Shown: positions 37,208 to 51,050 of the stretch, in pieces
How positions within the stretch are numbered: the stretch's first letter is position 1
Layout: the number at the start of each line of letters is the position of its first letter
DNA from: Hydrolagus affinis
Lineage: Eukaryota
Assembly: GCA_012026655.1 (NCBI GenBank)
Contig: JAAILG010000560.1
Location: forward strand, 1-64,000
Direction: 5' to 3'
DNA length: 64,000 nucleotides
Notes under the pieces: generated by a model
What the model saw: the letters and a program-made list of their open reading frames with translations, nothing else
What the model was told of the DNA's origin: nothing
The model's database searches: none
Made by a program: the position numbers and the translations under genes

Positions 37208-37312
37208 TCCTACAAATATACAGTCAATTCACTTTATAGTATATTCTGTGAAGTGCTTTGAGACGTCTAGAAGAAGTGAAAAGTGCTATATCAAATGTAA
37301 GGATTATTATTG
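37208..37312 (+). mobile_element. SINE 3' tail
   Basis: tacaaatatacagtcaattcac...gagacgtctagaagaagtgaaaagtgc...ggattattatt. Confidence 0.85.
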
Positions 37313-37555
37313 TAGCCACAACAGTGATGATATTCTAATCATCACAAAGAGTAGCTTCAATATGACCCAAGTTAATTGTAATGAAAAGAATTCTTACAAA
37401 TGTCTGTTACAAAGCTTTTCAAAGTTGTTTTATGTAACTAGCCACACAGGTTGTGTGAAAACAATAGGATAATTGCTACAACTGCTTTTTGCTACCTTAG
37501 AAATTACTGCCTCTCAGCAACACAAGTCCTCAGCCAGCTGCAAACAAAGCATGTA

Positions 37556-38464
37556 CAGTAGAAGCCCGTTTATCCGTGACCCGATCAACCATAACGTCCG
37601 TATAACCAGCACCGCAAAAAAAAGGTCCACATTCGATTAACCGGAATTTATCCAGAAAAATGCATTTTTTAGGGTTTTGTGCTGCGTCAGTATTTTGGAA
37701 TGCTGCTATTAGGTAGATGATGGTGGCGCTAGCTCAGAATGCTGCCGGTACAGCATTCTGCAGTGTACAGAGGTACAATCTCCAAGTTTGAGAGAGGAAG
37801 GAGAGCGAGGGTGAGTTCATTAGTTTAGCCACAAAGCAGCAAAACACACACACAAGCAAAGCTTGCAGATCAATGCATGCCACAGCCTTAGCTTTTATTT
37901 TAATAAATTTAATAAATTAATAAAAAAAACACAAACCCCTGCAACACCTTTCAAATCTGGTTTATTTTACAAATACCTTTAAGCTTGGGAAGCTGCAGTG
38001 TATATAACAAATACACTCAGTGCCTCCCCTTACCCAAGTCTGATGTTAAAAAACAATCTAACTTTAAAAGTGAAATGAAATGTTTGCTTTCAATACCGAT
38101 CCTTGGATCATTTAGAAGGAAAGTTAACTGAACAGTGACAGTGGCGGCTGCTTTCTCAATAACACGTTTGCTTTCCTCTCTTCTGCCACCAATGAGAACA
38201 GTGTCATTCAGACGTGTAACTTTTGCACTAGTTTAAAGATCTCTCTGAACTGCCTGGTCACTGTGTGTAAAATTAATACAATTATTATTTATATATTATA
38301 ATATAAATGATTATTTAGTCTATTATTAATATGCTATGTTTTAAAAAATGATTTTTTTTTTAAATAATATTTTTTTTGTGTTGAGTTTTCTGCCGAATAG
38401 CCAGCATGCGCTTTAACCGGCACTGGCCAGGTCCCAAGGGTGCCGGATAAACGGGCTTCTACTG
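37556..38464. mobile_element. Non-autonomous Tigger/pogo-like DNA transposon, 909 bp
   Basis: Perfect 21-bp TIRs CAGTAGAAGCCCGTTTATCCG / CGGATAAACGGGCTTCTACTG, TA on both sides, no long ORF. Confidence 0.9.
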
Positions 38465-38517
38465 TACATGAAATCATGCACTTTACATGCGTTGATGATG
38501 CATTTTTATGCATTGAT

Positions 38518-38827
38518 GATAATAACAATAATAATCTTTGCATTTGATATAGCGCTTTTCACGTCTTCTACACGTTGTAAAGTGTTTCACAGAATATGCC
38601 GTGAAGTGAGTTTTGGGGCAGCCAAATATGCGCAGCGGTGCACCACAAACAGTCGTGGATTGAAGTGACCAATGACCAATGACTGTGACCAATTATTGTT
38701 TTTTTTCTTGAGGGATTATTATCAAGCGGGTGGAGTAAGGAAATTTAGATTTCCTGCCCTGCCGGGAATCAAACCCACCTCTCTCGCTTGTGAGGTGAGT
38801 GCTCTAACCACTGAGCCGCAGGACTCC
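38518..38827 (-). mobile_element. Full-length tRNA-derived SINE
   Basis: Runs from the tail to the head (gctctaaccactgagccgcaggactcc). Confidence 0.9.
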
Positions 38828-40345
38828 AATTAAGTAGGTTTGAATAAAGTTCGGAGTGAACACATCCATTCCACATGACCTTGTATTTTTTTGTTAATGT
38901 TTTTGGTGATTACTTGTGAGATTCATGTTCTTTTTCTGGTATGTAACCAGTTTGGAACTGTCAGAGATGGGAGTAGACATACTCAACATATCGTGAGAGG
39001 ATGTGAATCAGCCTAATCAATGGGGCAGTGCAGTTGCCTTGAGCAAAATAATCTGCTGACTCACAAGACTCACAAGAGGGGTCAGAACAGCTCCTTTGGT
39101 TGTTTCAACTGTTGTGTAGTTTACATTTGATATCACCACAGACATGATGCTGAACAGAGAGCCCTCACTCTGCTGAGGGAGTGCAAATCAAAGTGCAGAT
39201 GATGCCAAAGACATGAGAAGTGGTCATCTAACTGGCCAAGATCAGTCTACATGACATCCTGAATGTCTGCAAATTCTTTGCGCAGAAAGTACTCCTTCCC
39301 TAATCTCAGCCAAACACAATCAGAACTGATGTAGTCCAGCCTTTACATCAGCAAATGCAGGATGCAATACATATCATTCTCCCTTAAATTTAGCATCATG
39401 TACGTCAACATTTACTTAAGTAATTTCTGAAGTTAAACTAAAAGGAAATGATCAAGTATAGAGATGCTACCCTTAATATATCAATACATGGTTCAGTCAA
39501 ATAAAATGCATCCATAGCAACGCCACTTAATTATGAACTGGAACTAAGCACGTGGAGTTTTATGATTAATAATGCAAACTGAATAGTAGAAACCTAAGTC
39601 AAATGCTGCTTCAAGTGTTGATGGCTAACCCCACTGTATACAGTATTATGATACTTTGTGAGTAATACAGACCATTAAGTGTACTATTGCTCGCAGTCAT
39701 CAAGCAGAGATCTCATTCTACTCTATTTCTCAATGGCTCCATTTATAAGTCAATGTGGAGCCTTCAATCTAGTATTGACTTGTTTTCTTCATATTAATGG
39801 GTGGTTTACTCACTGTGCAGCCAGCAAAAATGGGGAGCTTGTTTACATCCTTTGACAATATTAACCCCTAGACTGTAAAGAAGTTGACAAACACTGACAT
39901 CTGACTCTGTGGGGACTGTACAAATTTCAGCTCGATTTGAAAAAATATTAAATATTACAGAAGAAAACCAACATGATAAAAATATAACTTCTCAAAGATC
40001 AAAGTTACATAAAATCCACTAAACTGGATATAAAATAAGACATTTTGTTTTAGATAGTAATGGAGGATGTAGGTTTAAAAATTTCAAAACTCAAAACAGG
40101 ACTAGGGATTTAAGATAATTTTATCCCACAGAGTCAATGGATATGTGGAAATGGCCATCTGCAAAATCAGTTGGATAGAATTAAAACTGATAGCAAATGG
40201 AAATCTGCAGAGAATCATTCTTGTCACATTTGAGATTTCCTATTTACAATTTGTTTTGGCAAATCTCACAAATTAAACCCCAGTAAGAATTTCCAGTGGA
40301 AATTAACAAAAAGGGGGGAAAAAGTGGAAGTTAGGTGTTAAGCAA

Positions 40346-40574
40346 TATTGGCAAGCCATGCAGAAAAAGATTGGCAAGCCATGCAGGCTGACTATGGGTT
40401 AGACTCCAGCAGTACCCCCAAAGCACACTCTGGGGTCCCCAAGTCTTGGCTCTTGTCAACGTGTGACTAATATTTTCTAGACTTAGGTAAGTATCTACCT
40501 CTGAAATTTCCATGTGTAGGTGGAATGCATGGAATTCTCAGTTTGATTTGGACACTCTTAAGCACAGTGGTGGG
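40346..40574 (+). repeat. Unclassified dispersed repeat, copy 1 (probably an old tRNA-SINE)
   Basis: Collinear with the reverse complement of 61030-61293. Confidence 0.75.
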
Positions 40575-42769
40575 TTTTCGCATGTGCCAGACACACGGCT
40601 GACGAAAAAAATAGTTGAGGGAAGTGAGGGGGTAAGAGAAGCCAACCAGAGTTATAAGAACAAGACTCGGACTCAAGGATGGAGATTTGGAAAAATCTAA
40701 CCCAGAGATAATATGTAAGGGTTTCAGCGAAGGTGTTAGTAAAGTAAGGGCATATTCAGATAATGTTTTATTGGTGCTCGGTGGTGGTCTAGCAATGGAT
40801 TAGATGTGCGGATTCAAACATAGATCAGAGACAACAAAAATGCTCCACTGGATTCAACTGGCAGGGAGGGAATGGAATCAGAGCCAGATACACACACAAG
40901 GTGGCTTCAGTCTTATCGACATTGAGCTGCAGAGAGTTACAGCTCATCCAGGAATGTGTTTAGATGGTCTGGTTAGCAGTGTGGTTTCAACTGTTTGTTT
41001 TCCACACTGAATTTATGTTGCTGCTGTCATAAATCCAACACCAAGTTTCAATTCTAAAAAGACTGTAAAGAGTGCAGCCTGGAAACAGTAACGGTACATG
41101 AGTTGCCTATCATCACCTCCTAGTACTGTATATAAAGCAGACTGGAATAAATGCAATGAACATTTCATTTGTTCTTCAATAGTCAACAAATTAAATAGGA
41201 AACGGCAGTAAGAATCTCCATCCAAATATTCACATTTATAAATTAAGGATATAATAATTATATTTGTAAAGTGCCTTTCATATCGGGAAGACGTCTCAAG
41301 CTGCTGGTCACTTTGTGCTTTTATTTCTAACCTTTTCCTGGCTTGGTCAAGGCTAAGTTAGCTTTATCACTCACATACTAAAAATAAGTTTGACACTGTA
41401 AGGCTTCGATGAATAAATCATGTGTGAAAAACCATTTCTACACGATAGAATTTGAGAATAAAGGGACTATTTGGGCAGTGATGCCCTATAACACATTATC
41501 ATTAAAATGGAGGTATTTCATGTAAAGCAGAGTGGCTGGTATGCAAAGATTATTGTAGGCTAGTCTGGGAGACATCATTAAAAAAGAAATATTTTCACGA
41601 TTTATGGTGAAATATCTTCATTATAGAGATTGATACATATTGCTTGAAACTACACGGGCATTCTGAATGGATTTTAATTTTGTTCTCCATCGCTGAATGC
41701 CATATCATCATGATTTGTCTCCTGATGACTAGGATTTGATTTAGTTCAGCTTGAAAAATCAGCAATCTTTAAGTCTTACTGAACCAACAGGTTTCATAAT
41801 AAAGGCAGCCTATTTTAAAATTGACAGAATGGTGCTAAAGTTGCAAAAATAACTAAACCTACACTGCGTTTACCTAGTCAAAATATTTTCCATTTTACAC
41901 AGCTCTGTGCATCATTTCAACTTAAAATCAACTATATGCATGTGTGCACTGTTAAAACCAGATTCTCAATTGTTTATGTCTATCTTTGAACTGTTGTGCA
42001 GACACATTCCCTTAAAGACGATTACTTCTAAAGAGACACTTTTACGGCAGCTTCTGGCTTGCTCACTTTCTGGAATAGGCAAGCAGACTCCAAAGACTGT
42101 CAATGGTGTGATTTTAGACTGCCAGGTTACATTTGCGTTTCAATATCTCTACAACACAAATGTTTTTGTGTGCTTGTTCAAATCTTCAAAGGAATACTCT
42201 TGGATTAATGCCTGATCCTCAACAACTGTGTTAAATGTTTCTTGAAAACATTCATTCTAAATAAAAAACAAATTGGTTAAAAAAAAAATTCTAGCCTCTA
42301 CCTTCGGGCTCTAACTGAACCAAGCAAGCAGCAAAAATCTCTATTCAGGGCACCGCTCACAAGTTTGATGTTGATCAAACTTTGCAAACACAGAAACAGT
42401 GCCAAAAATTACTGTCACTAGCAAGATGTTACACTCTACCTGGAAAGAACTCGGCTTTTAATTTTTTTAAAATATAAAATAAACAACATTTGGAATTTTT
42501 ATTCTTAAAAACTGTGTTACATTGTGAAGCCATTTTTCTGCAAGCTTATTTTAAGAACTACAGAAGGCAGGCGTCAAAGTTAAAACCAAGAATTTAACGG
42601 TTTTCCAAAATTCTGCACCCTCTCTGCAATGTTATGTTCGTTGAAGTAATTCAAGACCCAGGTAGATTTTCACCCCACAGATGGGGAATATTTTTTGTAT
42701 GACAATGGAGTCTCAAAAGCAAACCATACATGTTGTTGTGAAGATTATTATCATTGATTATGCAAGAGC

Positions 42770-43260
42770 AGCAGAATCCAACCAGAAATTGGGTTTGTGC
42801 TTTTGATTGAGGGAGCAAGCAGCAAATGGGAGGCGCAAAACAGGGCGAGTTTCGTGGAGTGGACTATGCAGGGGGTAACCCACATACAGGACTTCTCATC
42901 CGAAGGACGGCATCTCCAACAATACAACACCCACATATTAGGTGGACGGTTGGTATCAAGAACCGTAAGATTATGAGACTGAGAAAGTCACAAGCCTTTT
43001 ATGCGAGACTTTGCTGGTTTGGAATTTAGGTAGGATTTAAAGATAGATAAAGAGGGGGCAAGGTGGAGGGATTCAATCGGGGAGTTCCAGAAATTATGGG
43101 AGTCGTGGCTGAAGGCCCGGCCACCAATGATTGCGCAGAGGGGTTGAGGGGCATAAAGTAGGTCCTTGGCAGTTTAATGAAAGGGTGTGGGCAGAGGAGC
43201 TGGCTACAAGCTAGTTAGAGAGGAAGGGAGGTGCTAGATTGTGAAGAGATTTGTGTGTAG
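42770..43260 (-). mobile_element. Deu-type SINE fragment (about 42770-42930) followed by an L2 fragment (about 43010-43260)
   Basis: tctcatccgaaggacggcatctccaac is a Deu-like motif; ggagttccaga...gctgaaggcccggccaccaatg is an L2 motif. Confidence 0.6.
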
Positions 43261-43582
43261 GGGTTGCATACTGCTGCAGATTCACGTTTTCCATGAACCC
43301 TGCTCTAGTTATTATCACTTTGACAGCGGACTCTCTCCTGTCCCCTACGATGCAAACAGACATGCCACCTTATGCCAGCCTCCCTAGCAGAGTTGTATGA
43401 CCCAAGGCTGAACAATTCTGCTGCTTGTAGTAATTTGCTAAGTACTGGATTCTCCACATGCCACCAGTGTCTCTGGCAAGGTAGCTATTACAGGCAGAGA
43501 TCAGAACTTTGCAGACTGAACAAACTGCAATGCTACAGTAGTTTCAGTTATAATTGAAATGGTAATAAGCATATACAGTGTA

Positions 43583-43990
43583 AGGCTGGCTCAGCTGGTA
43601 GTACTCTTGCCTCAGAGACAAAAAGTTGTGGGCTCCAGCCCCACATTGGGAACTTTAATTCACAGCCTAGATAGTCCACTAGTGTCCTGTGGGGAAGCTC
43701 TGAATTGTTGGAGGTGGCATCTGTCTTTTGGATGAGACATTATTTGAGAGAACCCTTCTGCCTGTTCAGGTGGATGCTGAATATCCCATGGAAATAGTCG
43801 AAAAGTGAAGGGAGTTTCTCCTGGTGCCCTGGCCAACAATTCCCAAACTAAAATGTTCAGTCACTTCGGGGGACATTGCTGAAGAACACTGCACAAATTG
43901 CACAAATTGACTGCTGCGTTCACCTACAAAACACATGGCACGCTGAGGTAAAAATCTTGTGAAGCTCCTTGACCCTGTGATAAACTGTTC
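43583..43990 (+). mobile_element. Near-full-length Deu-domain SINE (SacSINE1-like)
   Basis: tRNA-like head ggctcagctggtagtactcttgcctc, then gtcttttggatgagac, caggtggatg...atcccatgg and ggagtttctcctggtgccctggccaaca. Confidence 0.7.
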
Positions 43991-46900
43991 ATTTACCTCC
44001 AACAGTGCATTGTTTGCTTGTTTCAGCATTCACTTTCATTTGGTCAAAGTATTGTTTGCTGCACCGTTCATCCCTCGCATTTGGCAGTAAATTGCTGTGA
44101 ATTAGGAAGTAATTCACTGTCAAACGCATCGCATAAATATCACCTGACAGAACAAATCACACAGGAGTTCAGATCCTGTAGCACCTGGAGGAGGAAAGTG
44201 ATTTATACCCGCGCAGTGTAAATGATCCCAAGTGAGCGACTGAATAATCTCAACAGTCATTTATATCAACCTTTTTTTAATGTCATTAAGAGCCGATTAC
44301 AATAATCCACTCCTTAACAATATTAAAAAATGAACATACTATGCGATTTCTGCTAAGAGATGCACAGAATGTCAAAGTCAAGTGTTCAATGGGCTTTTGG
44401 CCCTAATCAGAGCAGGAAGTATAAATCAGAATCCTGCTCCACAGCACTACACTTCGGGGAGAGAAGTTGTGTAAACGGCCGATTGGTGCCTGAGTGAATT
44501 TGGTTTACTTTCTTCCCTCAATTAAAGTTTGATGGTCGTGAATTCTTTTCTCACAGGTTCAGACTGCGAAGAGAACTCAAGAGACCGACAAGCCTCAGAT
44601 CACGGCAGGACAGGTTTATTCTTTACGAATTCCCCCCTTTTGAACTGAGATGCAGAAAAACTAACACACTGCAAAACTTGTGTTCTGCAGAACTGCAGGC
44701 TTTAACGGTAAACATCTTACCTAGGATATTGCATTGCCAGTACAAGTGGTTTACACATTAAAACTGGTAAGAATTACAGAAACTGCAGTTTTGCTGAACC
44801 ATACCGTAAATCAAAGCAGATTAGTTGCTACACATGATGTAAATGTGTGGAGTAAATTGTTATGCATGATGTTGGATATTCAGATTAAATACTTTTGTTT
44901 TTCACATTTTGCATCTTCCAATTAAGAAGGCTCCAATTAAATGACCCACCCACACACACACAAAGTTGTTTTCTTTTCCCTTTTAAACTGCAGAGCCCTC
45001 AATGACCTGAACTTAAACCTTAAAATTTGTGACTGCTCCCTTCTATTTTTGAAGCTGGCGAGATATACTACAAGGCGGTCTGTGAGAAAAGAACTAGTCT
45101 TTCAAACCGTTCTGTGCCTTATTATCTATCCGTGCCTAGTGGGAAAATCAAGAGATCGGATATCTGTGAGAAAAATACAATACCGTACAATGCCAAAGGG
45201 ACGTTCATTCCTGAATTGAATTGAAATTAAAGTACAGTAGATAATTCTGTTTTTATCTAGAAACAAAGGCAACTGATGTGTAACTAGTGATCACAAAATG
45301 CTTACAACAACGCATACAGGCAGTCTGATTCTGTCACCACAGTGTTTATACACTGCTAAATGGTTAACGGGTTGAAAAATAACACATTCAGGTCACATAT
45401 GGTTGTCATTCAATATCTGCCAGGATTCATAGCTGTAATTTCACAGATCTGAGCTAAGTGTTTCGCCATCAGTAAGCTAATGCCGATTCTGAAACGTCTT
45501 GAAAATGACTCCGACTTGCAATCATTTTAAATTTCCCCTGGACATATTTTAGGTAAATTGAAGTACAATTTTAAGATGGTGGGGATGGAGGCGTGAGGGG
45601 GGAGGGGAGGGGAGGCGCAGGGAGGATCAGAACACTTCTGGAAGTTAATATTGCATTCAAATGCACTTTTATTAACAGCACAAGAAACTGCAGATTTTGG
45701 CTTCTTTTCTGGCACTTGCCACGCGAATGGTTCAGACGTATCACGATACATCCTGAGACTAATCTATTGTAATCAAGATTCTCGATTTCAAAGCTGTCAG
45801 GGCCACTCAGATGAATAAACCAGGTGTATGGCAAAGGCCCAACTTAATGCAGTGTTAGCTCAAACCAAAGCAGGGAAAAAAGGCTTTTTTTATATGCATA
45901 TATTTATAGAAAACACAATAGGAAAACACAGCATTAACCTTTTAAGTGCTAAAACTACATATGGGAGCCTGCTATGTGAAGCTTCAGTACTGCATTTCAC
46001 TGAAATGCACAGAAGGAGGTCATTAACCTTTTAATGCTGATGTTGATTTCGCAAGTTGAAATTGAGTATTAAAACAGATTGCAAGGTGTCTGACCGTACA
46101 AGCTAAAGGTGCGGAAATGATACTGTTGGAAATCAGAAGCTTTCTGCCATGTGTACTATATTTCACAGACAGCAGAATTGAATTGGAGAAATACAGAGTC
46201 CACTGGGAACTGCAAACACAGATTGGGGCAGGCGCATTGCTCACATCAATGTATCAGACTTCATAGCACCATGAAGGTGAGTAAATCTGCACGGAATGCA
46301 AATATCAATTTATACTTTTGCTACTTAATTAAACACAAATATTTACCCATAAGCTGTTTTAAGCTCATTCAGATAATACTGGGAGTTTTTTTTTACAGGA
46401 ATACAGGAACTAAAGAATTCAGTGAAACTAGCGTAACTAAGAAAAGTGGACAAATCGGATTATCAAATCCTTAATTATCAAATGTATAAATTTGATCAAA
46501 TTTATCAATTTATCATTTACCAACTTAAAATTTATTTTATCAATTTGATCCAATTTTATCAAATTTATAAAATCCTTGGATTTGCAGAACTGGGATTTTG
46601 TTGCCAGTGTTAACCTAACAATCCGAGCACAGAACTAAACCAGAATGCCTTCCGCTCACACTGTGCCAGATCTGTAATTCATTTTATCAATATCAAACCA
46701 CAGTCCACCATGTCAGCTCGCTGAAAATACAGTCCAGTACCATTGGTTATATGCTACCTCACAGCTCAGCCAATATCAAAGCCCGTTAACATCAACAGAT
46801 ATCAATGTTATATATCTCATCAGAGAGCAGACTGCTGTTCCAGATGTGAAAATAGAAGGTTCACACCAGAGGCACTACATCTTTCAGAAAGCATTCAGAA

Positions 46901-47409
46901 TCTTATAGGCCAACACAATATCCACACTGTGCAATGTTTGCACAGCCCACAGCTCTTTGCTTATCAGGGAACACGATGGCCAAGACTTTCTGTCAGCCCA
47001 CTTGTCGGTCAACGCTCTACAAGGAAACACTCATGTAAGCTACAAACCCTCCAGAGAGCTTGAGGAACCGAAGATAACATTAATCATCGGTAACTAGAGA
47101 ACTAACATTTAGAAATGAAAACAAATACAGCTAATGAGGCAATCTCTTCCTCTTCTTTATCTGTTGCTTTAACTCAAACAGAATTACTCACTCTTTTTAT
47201 TCCTCAATATTATTTTCCACTTCCCATTTAATTAAAGAAATAGGAGAAAAATCACGGAACAAATGATTCAGGGACAGTAACTTTGATGTTGATTCCTCTG
47301 AGCTAAAGCTGAGAACATTGCTGTAGAAATAACTTCAAAAAAGTAGAAGAGTTTGAGTTTTTATGACATCTTCAAGAAGAATCCTCGCACAGCACTTCTC
47401 ATCTTCCCT

Positions 47410-47562
47410 TTCAAAAATGTATTGGATAGGAACTTGAAAAGGAAAAAATTGCAGGGCTACGGGGTAAGAGGAGGGGAATGGGACAAGTTGGATAGCTCTT
47501 TCAAAGAGCTGGTGAGGTACAAGGTGCAAAATGCCCTCCTTCTCCAAGATTCTATGATCCTA
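47410..47562 (+). mobile_element. CR1-type LINE 3' end
   Basis: ttggataggaacttgaaaagg...gctctttcaaagagctgg...ttctatgatcc, related to 446-590. Confidence 0.75.
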
Positions 47563-47844
47563 GATTGTCAAGTGTAGTCACTGGTTTCATAGACATATTT
47601 GCAATAATAAGTCTTTGAGGTGTTTTATTGATGAACTAGAGGATTCGTGATCAGGAGAGAGAAACGCCCTTCTTTTTCCAAATAGTGTCAAACAGTCTTT
47701 CTTGTTCGCCAGGACAGTGAGATGGGACCTTGGTTTAAGATCTTGAAAATGCAGCACTCCCCCTTCAGTACTCCATTGGAGTATCAGCCAAGAGTATGAG
47801 CTCTTGACATGGTCTCTGAAATATTGACACCTGACTGTTCATCG

Positions 47845-48065
47845 CATTGGAACATCCTCCCGACATGAAAGGCGCTCTACAAATGTAATTTTGTTGCTGT
47901 TATATTGTGCTGCAAATATAACCTTTAAATGTATTGCCTCAACACTCTCCCACTTTCCCTCCACCCTCCCCGCTCCTGACCCCAGCTCGGGTCTGAAACA
48001 CTGACTGTTGGGACGTCTTCCTGGCGTGAACGGCGCTACACAAATGTAATTGTTTGTTGTTGTTA
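47845..48065 (+). mobile_element. Two tandem L2 3' ends
   Basis: Two stem-loop plus aaatgtaatt(ttg)n tails, ending near 47903 and 48065. Confidence 0.8.
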
Positions 48066-48714
48066 AATAAATAAATAGTATGCTATACAAAGCCAGCCTC
48101 GTGGCAATGTGTTTACGCCTTGCGTTTGATAATAATCAAAAGTAACTTCACAAAACTAAATTATAATAGTTCCAGTTAACTTCATAGACAAATCATCTTT
48201 CCGATTCTGCATGTTGTTCAAGGCCAACCCAGAATCAGTACCTTATAAATCCCTGCGTGCACTGACAAAGATAAAGAAGTTGGCATGAAATCGGTACAAA
48301 TTCATGTTCCTGGGGGGCAAAAACGTAAAGGCTAATATCTCTGCCATCAAGAGCCATTCCATTCACATGACCTTTTCTGTGAATTACTGAACTACTGTAC
48401 CTGCTTCGAGTTATTGCTACAGTGCGTGACACCCTCCCACCTTGTTCTGCAGAGTGCTTTGAACTCTCACTAGTTGCTGTGCTGCTGAACAAGCAGAGTG
48501 ACTTGGGGGAAAAGCACAGCTGCTATTATTCTGTACTGGACTCTACTCATTTATCAATGGCTTGAAGCAAATACCGTACACCAATTATGGAAGTCCTTGG
48601 AGGAGTGTGAACATAGCCGCAAACAGATGAAGCAAAAGCAAGAAAAGGGGCTAGTAAAAAAAACACAGAAAACCTGTGTTAAGAAATTCCAAATCTAAAA
48701 TTATTTTAGATTTG

Positions 48715-49020
48715 TCTCCCACCCGACCCACACTACCATCAGCGGACAGGCTTTCAGCCTCTCTGCCCCCAACCTTTGGAATTCCATGCCACAATCCCTT
48801 TGCCTTGCTCCCTTCCTTGCCTCCTTCAAGGCCTGACTCAAGACCCTCCTTTTCAACCATGCCTTCAGCCACCACCCTACCTCTCTGCCCTCTCTCATCC
48901 CAACCCTGCCTCGCCATCCTCCCCTATGCTCAGGCCCTGACCTGCGATTGTTCAACGCTTTGGGACATTCTCCCGGCATGAAAGGCGCTCTACAAGTATA
49001 ATTTTTTTTTTTTGTTGTTG
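48715..49020 (+). mobile_element. L2 LINE 3' end
   Basis: ggctttcagcctctctgccccc...ttcaaggcctgactcaagacc...gaaaggcgctctac. Confidence 0.85.
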
Positions 49021-50819
49021 AATGGGCCTGTTGCAGACTATAACTGCAAACATTATCCCCAGTGTGAATCGAATGTGAATGCTTTAGGTCTTCAATGAGC
49101 TGGAAAAAATGGTAAATACTGTATACCTGAGCACAAGGAGATGTAGTTATAGTCCAGCCTAATGATAAGGCTGTCATTGGAGGAGGGGAAGGTGGGTGGG
49201 GGAACAGCTGTAAAATACCAACATGCCTAACAACAGGCATGTTGTAGATTCCCCTCTCATTGCTCATGCACACAGTTGACAAGTTAACTTCCTACATGCC
49301 TTCCTAGTGTTTTTTTTAAAAAAAGTCCAACTTCCAGGTCAGCAGATCACCATCCACATCACTTCTTATCTACCATGCAGGAAATGATATCAACATCAAC
49401 CCAATGACCAGGAAGTCATACATCTCAGTGAGGGAGCTGGCCAGCCTTGCAGCTATATGAATGGGGTCTTACACTTTGCCGGCGCTGTAAGCTACACGTT
49501 TATAAGGAATTGCTTTTTTAAGGGGTTGCACTGTAATTAGTCACACATTCTAGCTGGACAGCCATGTTGGAATTGTCAGTGGAATCAAATTGGATGATGT
49601 GCGCCAACAAAAAAAAGGGGGCCTCACACATCTAACTAAACGTTAGCTTTTAAAGAAACCACAAAGGCTATTGCTGGATTTTCTGTAACATCGAATATAG
49701 TTTGGAGTAAATAGAGATCCTTCAGAAATACAGGAAGTGGCAAACCTCATACAGTTTGAAAATCCTTTCATGGGTTTTTTTAAAAAAAACAGGGCAGTGT
49801 TTGTATGTGTTCATGGGTAAAGGTGATGGAGAAGCAGAAACGATGGCTAGTTGTTTTTTTTAACTTCACCTAAAGGCAGATAGTTCCCCATGAAGACAAT
49901 GTTCCTTTAGTATTCAGCACAGGATAGATTGTAGTTTCTAACCTGTGCTTTTGGCGAGCGGGCTTCTGTAAATGGCAGCGCTATGTCAACACGAGATTAC
50001 AAGTGAAAGAGCAATCGACTTTCAATAACTACAAGATTTAATAGAAAAGGAAATACATCAGGAACGACCATGAGTTAACAGGACAAAACCTGTTCATGCT
50101 ATTATGCAATAACAATTCAAACAACTTTCCACAGAACTTTTAATTGAGCACCAAACACCTCAGACTCATGGAGACAGCTGTCCTGCATTGCAACACGCAT
50201 TCAAGTGTGCGCCCATGCTTTGAATTGTCTTCACTAAAATTAAATGAAAGGAAATTTTCACATTTATTTTGAAGCCATGGTATAAATAGAGCACTCAGTG
50301 GGAAACTGTGTAATACCATTTTTAACCCAATGGTCAGAGATCACTTATAACTACAGTACACTACTTCATGATTTCATCCCTTGAGTATGTGTTCCTCCTC
50401 GTTCACACGATTAAAAATAATATTCCATCCTTCGCCTCTTTAAGAGGGTACAAAAAAAGCAAAATTCCTGAAGTGCCAATCTGTGTTGATGAATCATAAG
50501 ATTTTTTTTTAAAACTTGCTATTCCTGCCTCCCTCTATGGCGCAGTAAATCTATCTATGAGTAGTTGATCCTGTCTAGGTTCCATTTCCAGTTTGCACTG
50601 TTAACCAATTCCACTAGAGTGCTACAATTAGCCCCATTGCCCCAGGTTTGGCAGGAAAATTCTCATAACAGAATGCTATCTAGCGCACCCTGCTGGTTAA
50701 TCCAACAACAACAAATTACATTTGTGGAGTGTCTTTCAGGAGGATGTCCCAAGGTACTGATTGTGTTCAGCAGCGATTCCTAGAGTGGAATAATCAAAGA
50801 GACGTAAGAAAACTGGAGG

Positions 50820-51050
50820 AAGTTATTTAGCCCATGAAGCATGTTCTACCAGGTTATTAGAGTTTGGCAGATTTTCCAATCCCAATGAGCTGCCCTTTAG
50901 CTTACTCCCATATTGCCAACTACCCAAGTATCTGTTCATCTCTCCTTCAGACATCACCATTGATTCCACCTCTTCAGCTTCCTGGGGCAGAGCATTCCAC
51001 AACTTCACCACCATCTGCCTGAAGAAACCCTTCCAATAATTGGCTTCAAT
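50820..51050 (-). mobile_element. CR1-type LINE 3' end
   Basis: Translates to GFFRQMVVKLWNALPQEAEE. Confidence 0.75.

Noticed and set aside
8366-38827. Roughly 10-kb spacing of full-length minus-strand SINEs (8.4, 18.0, 28.4, 38.5 kb)
   Set aside because: Other copies break the pattern and the flanks are unrelated, so this is coincidence rather than a tandem duplication.
46470-46575. AT-rich tttatcaa-type repeats
   Set aside because: Low-complexity sequence with no stable period or defined ends.
48701-49282. 193-aa ORF and similar 100-210 aa ORFs (28209-28655, 30407-30946, 61565-62200)
   Set aside because: These are alternative-frame or antisense readings of L2 and SINE sequence with no independent coding signal.
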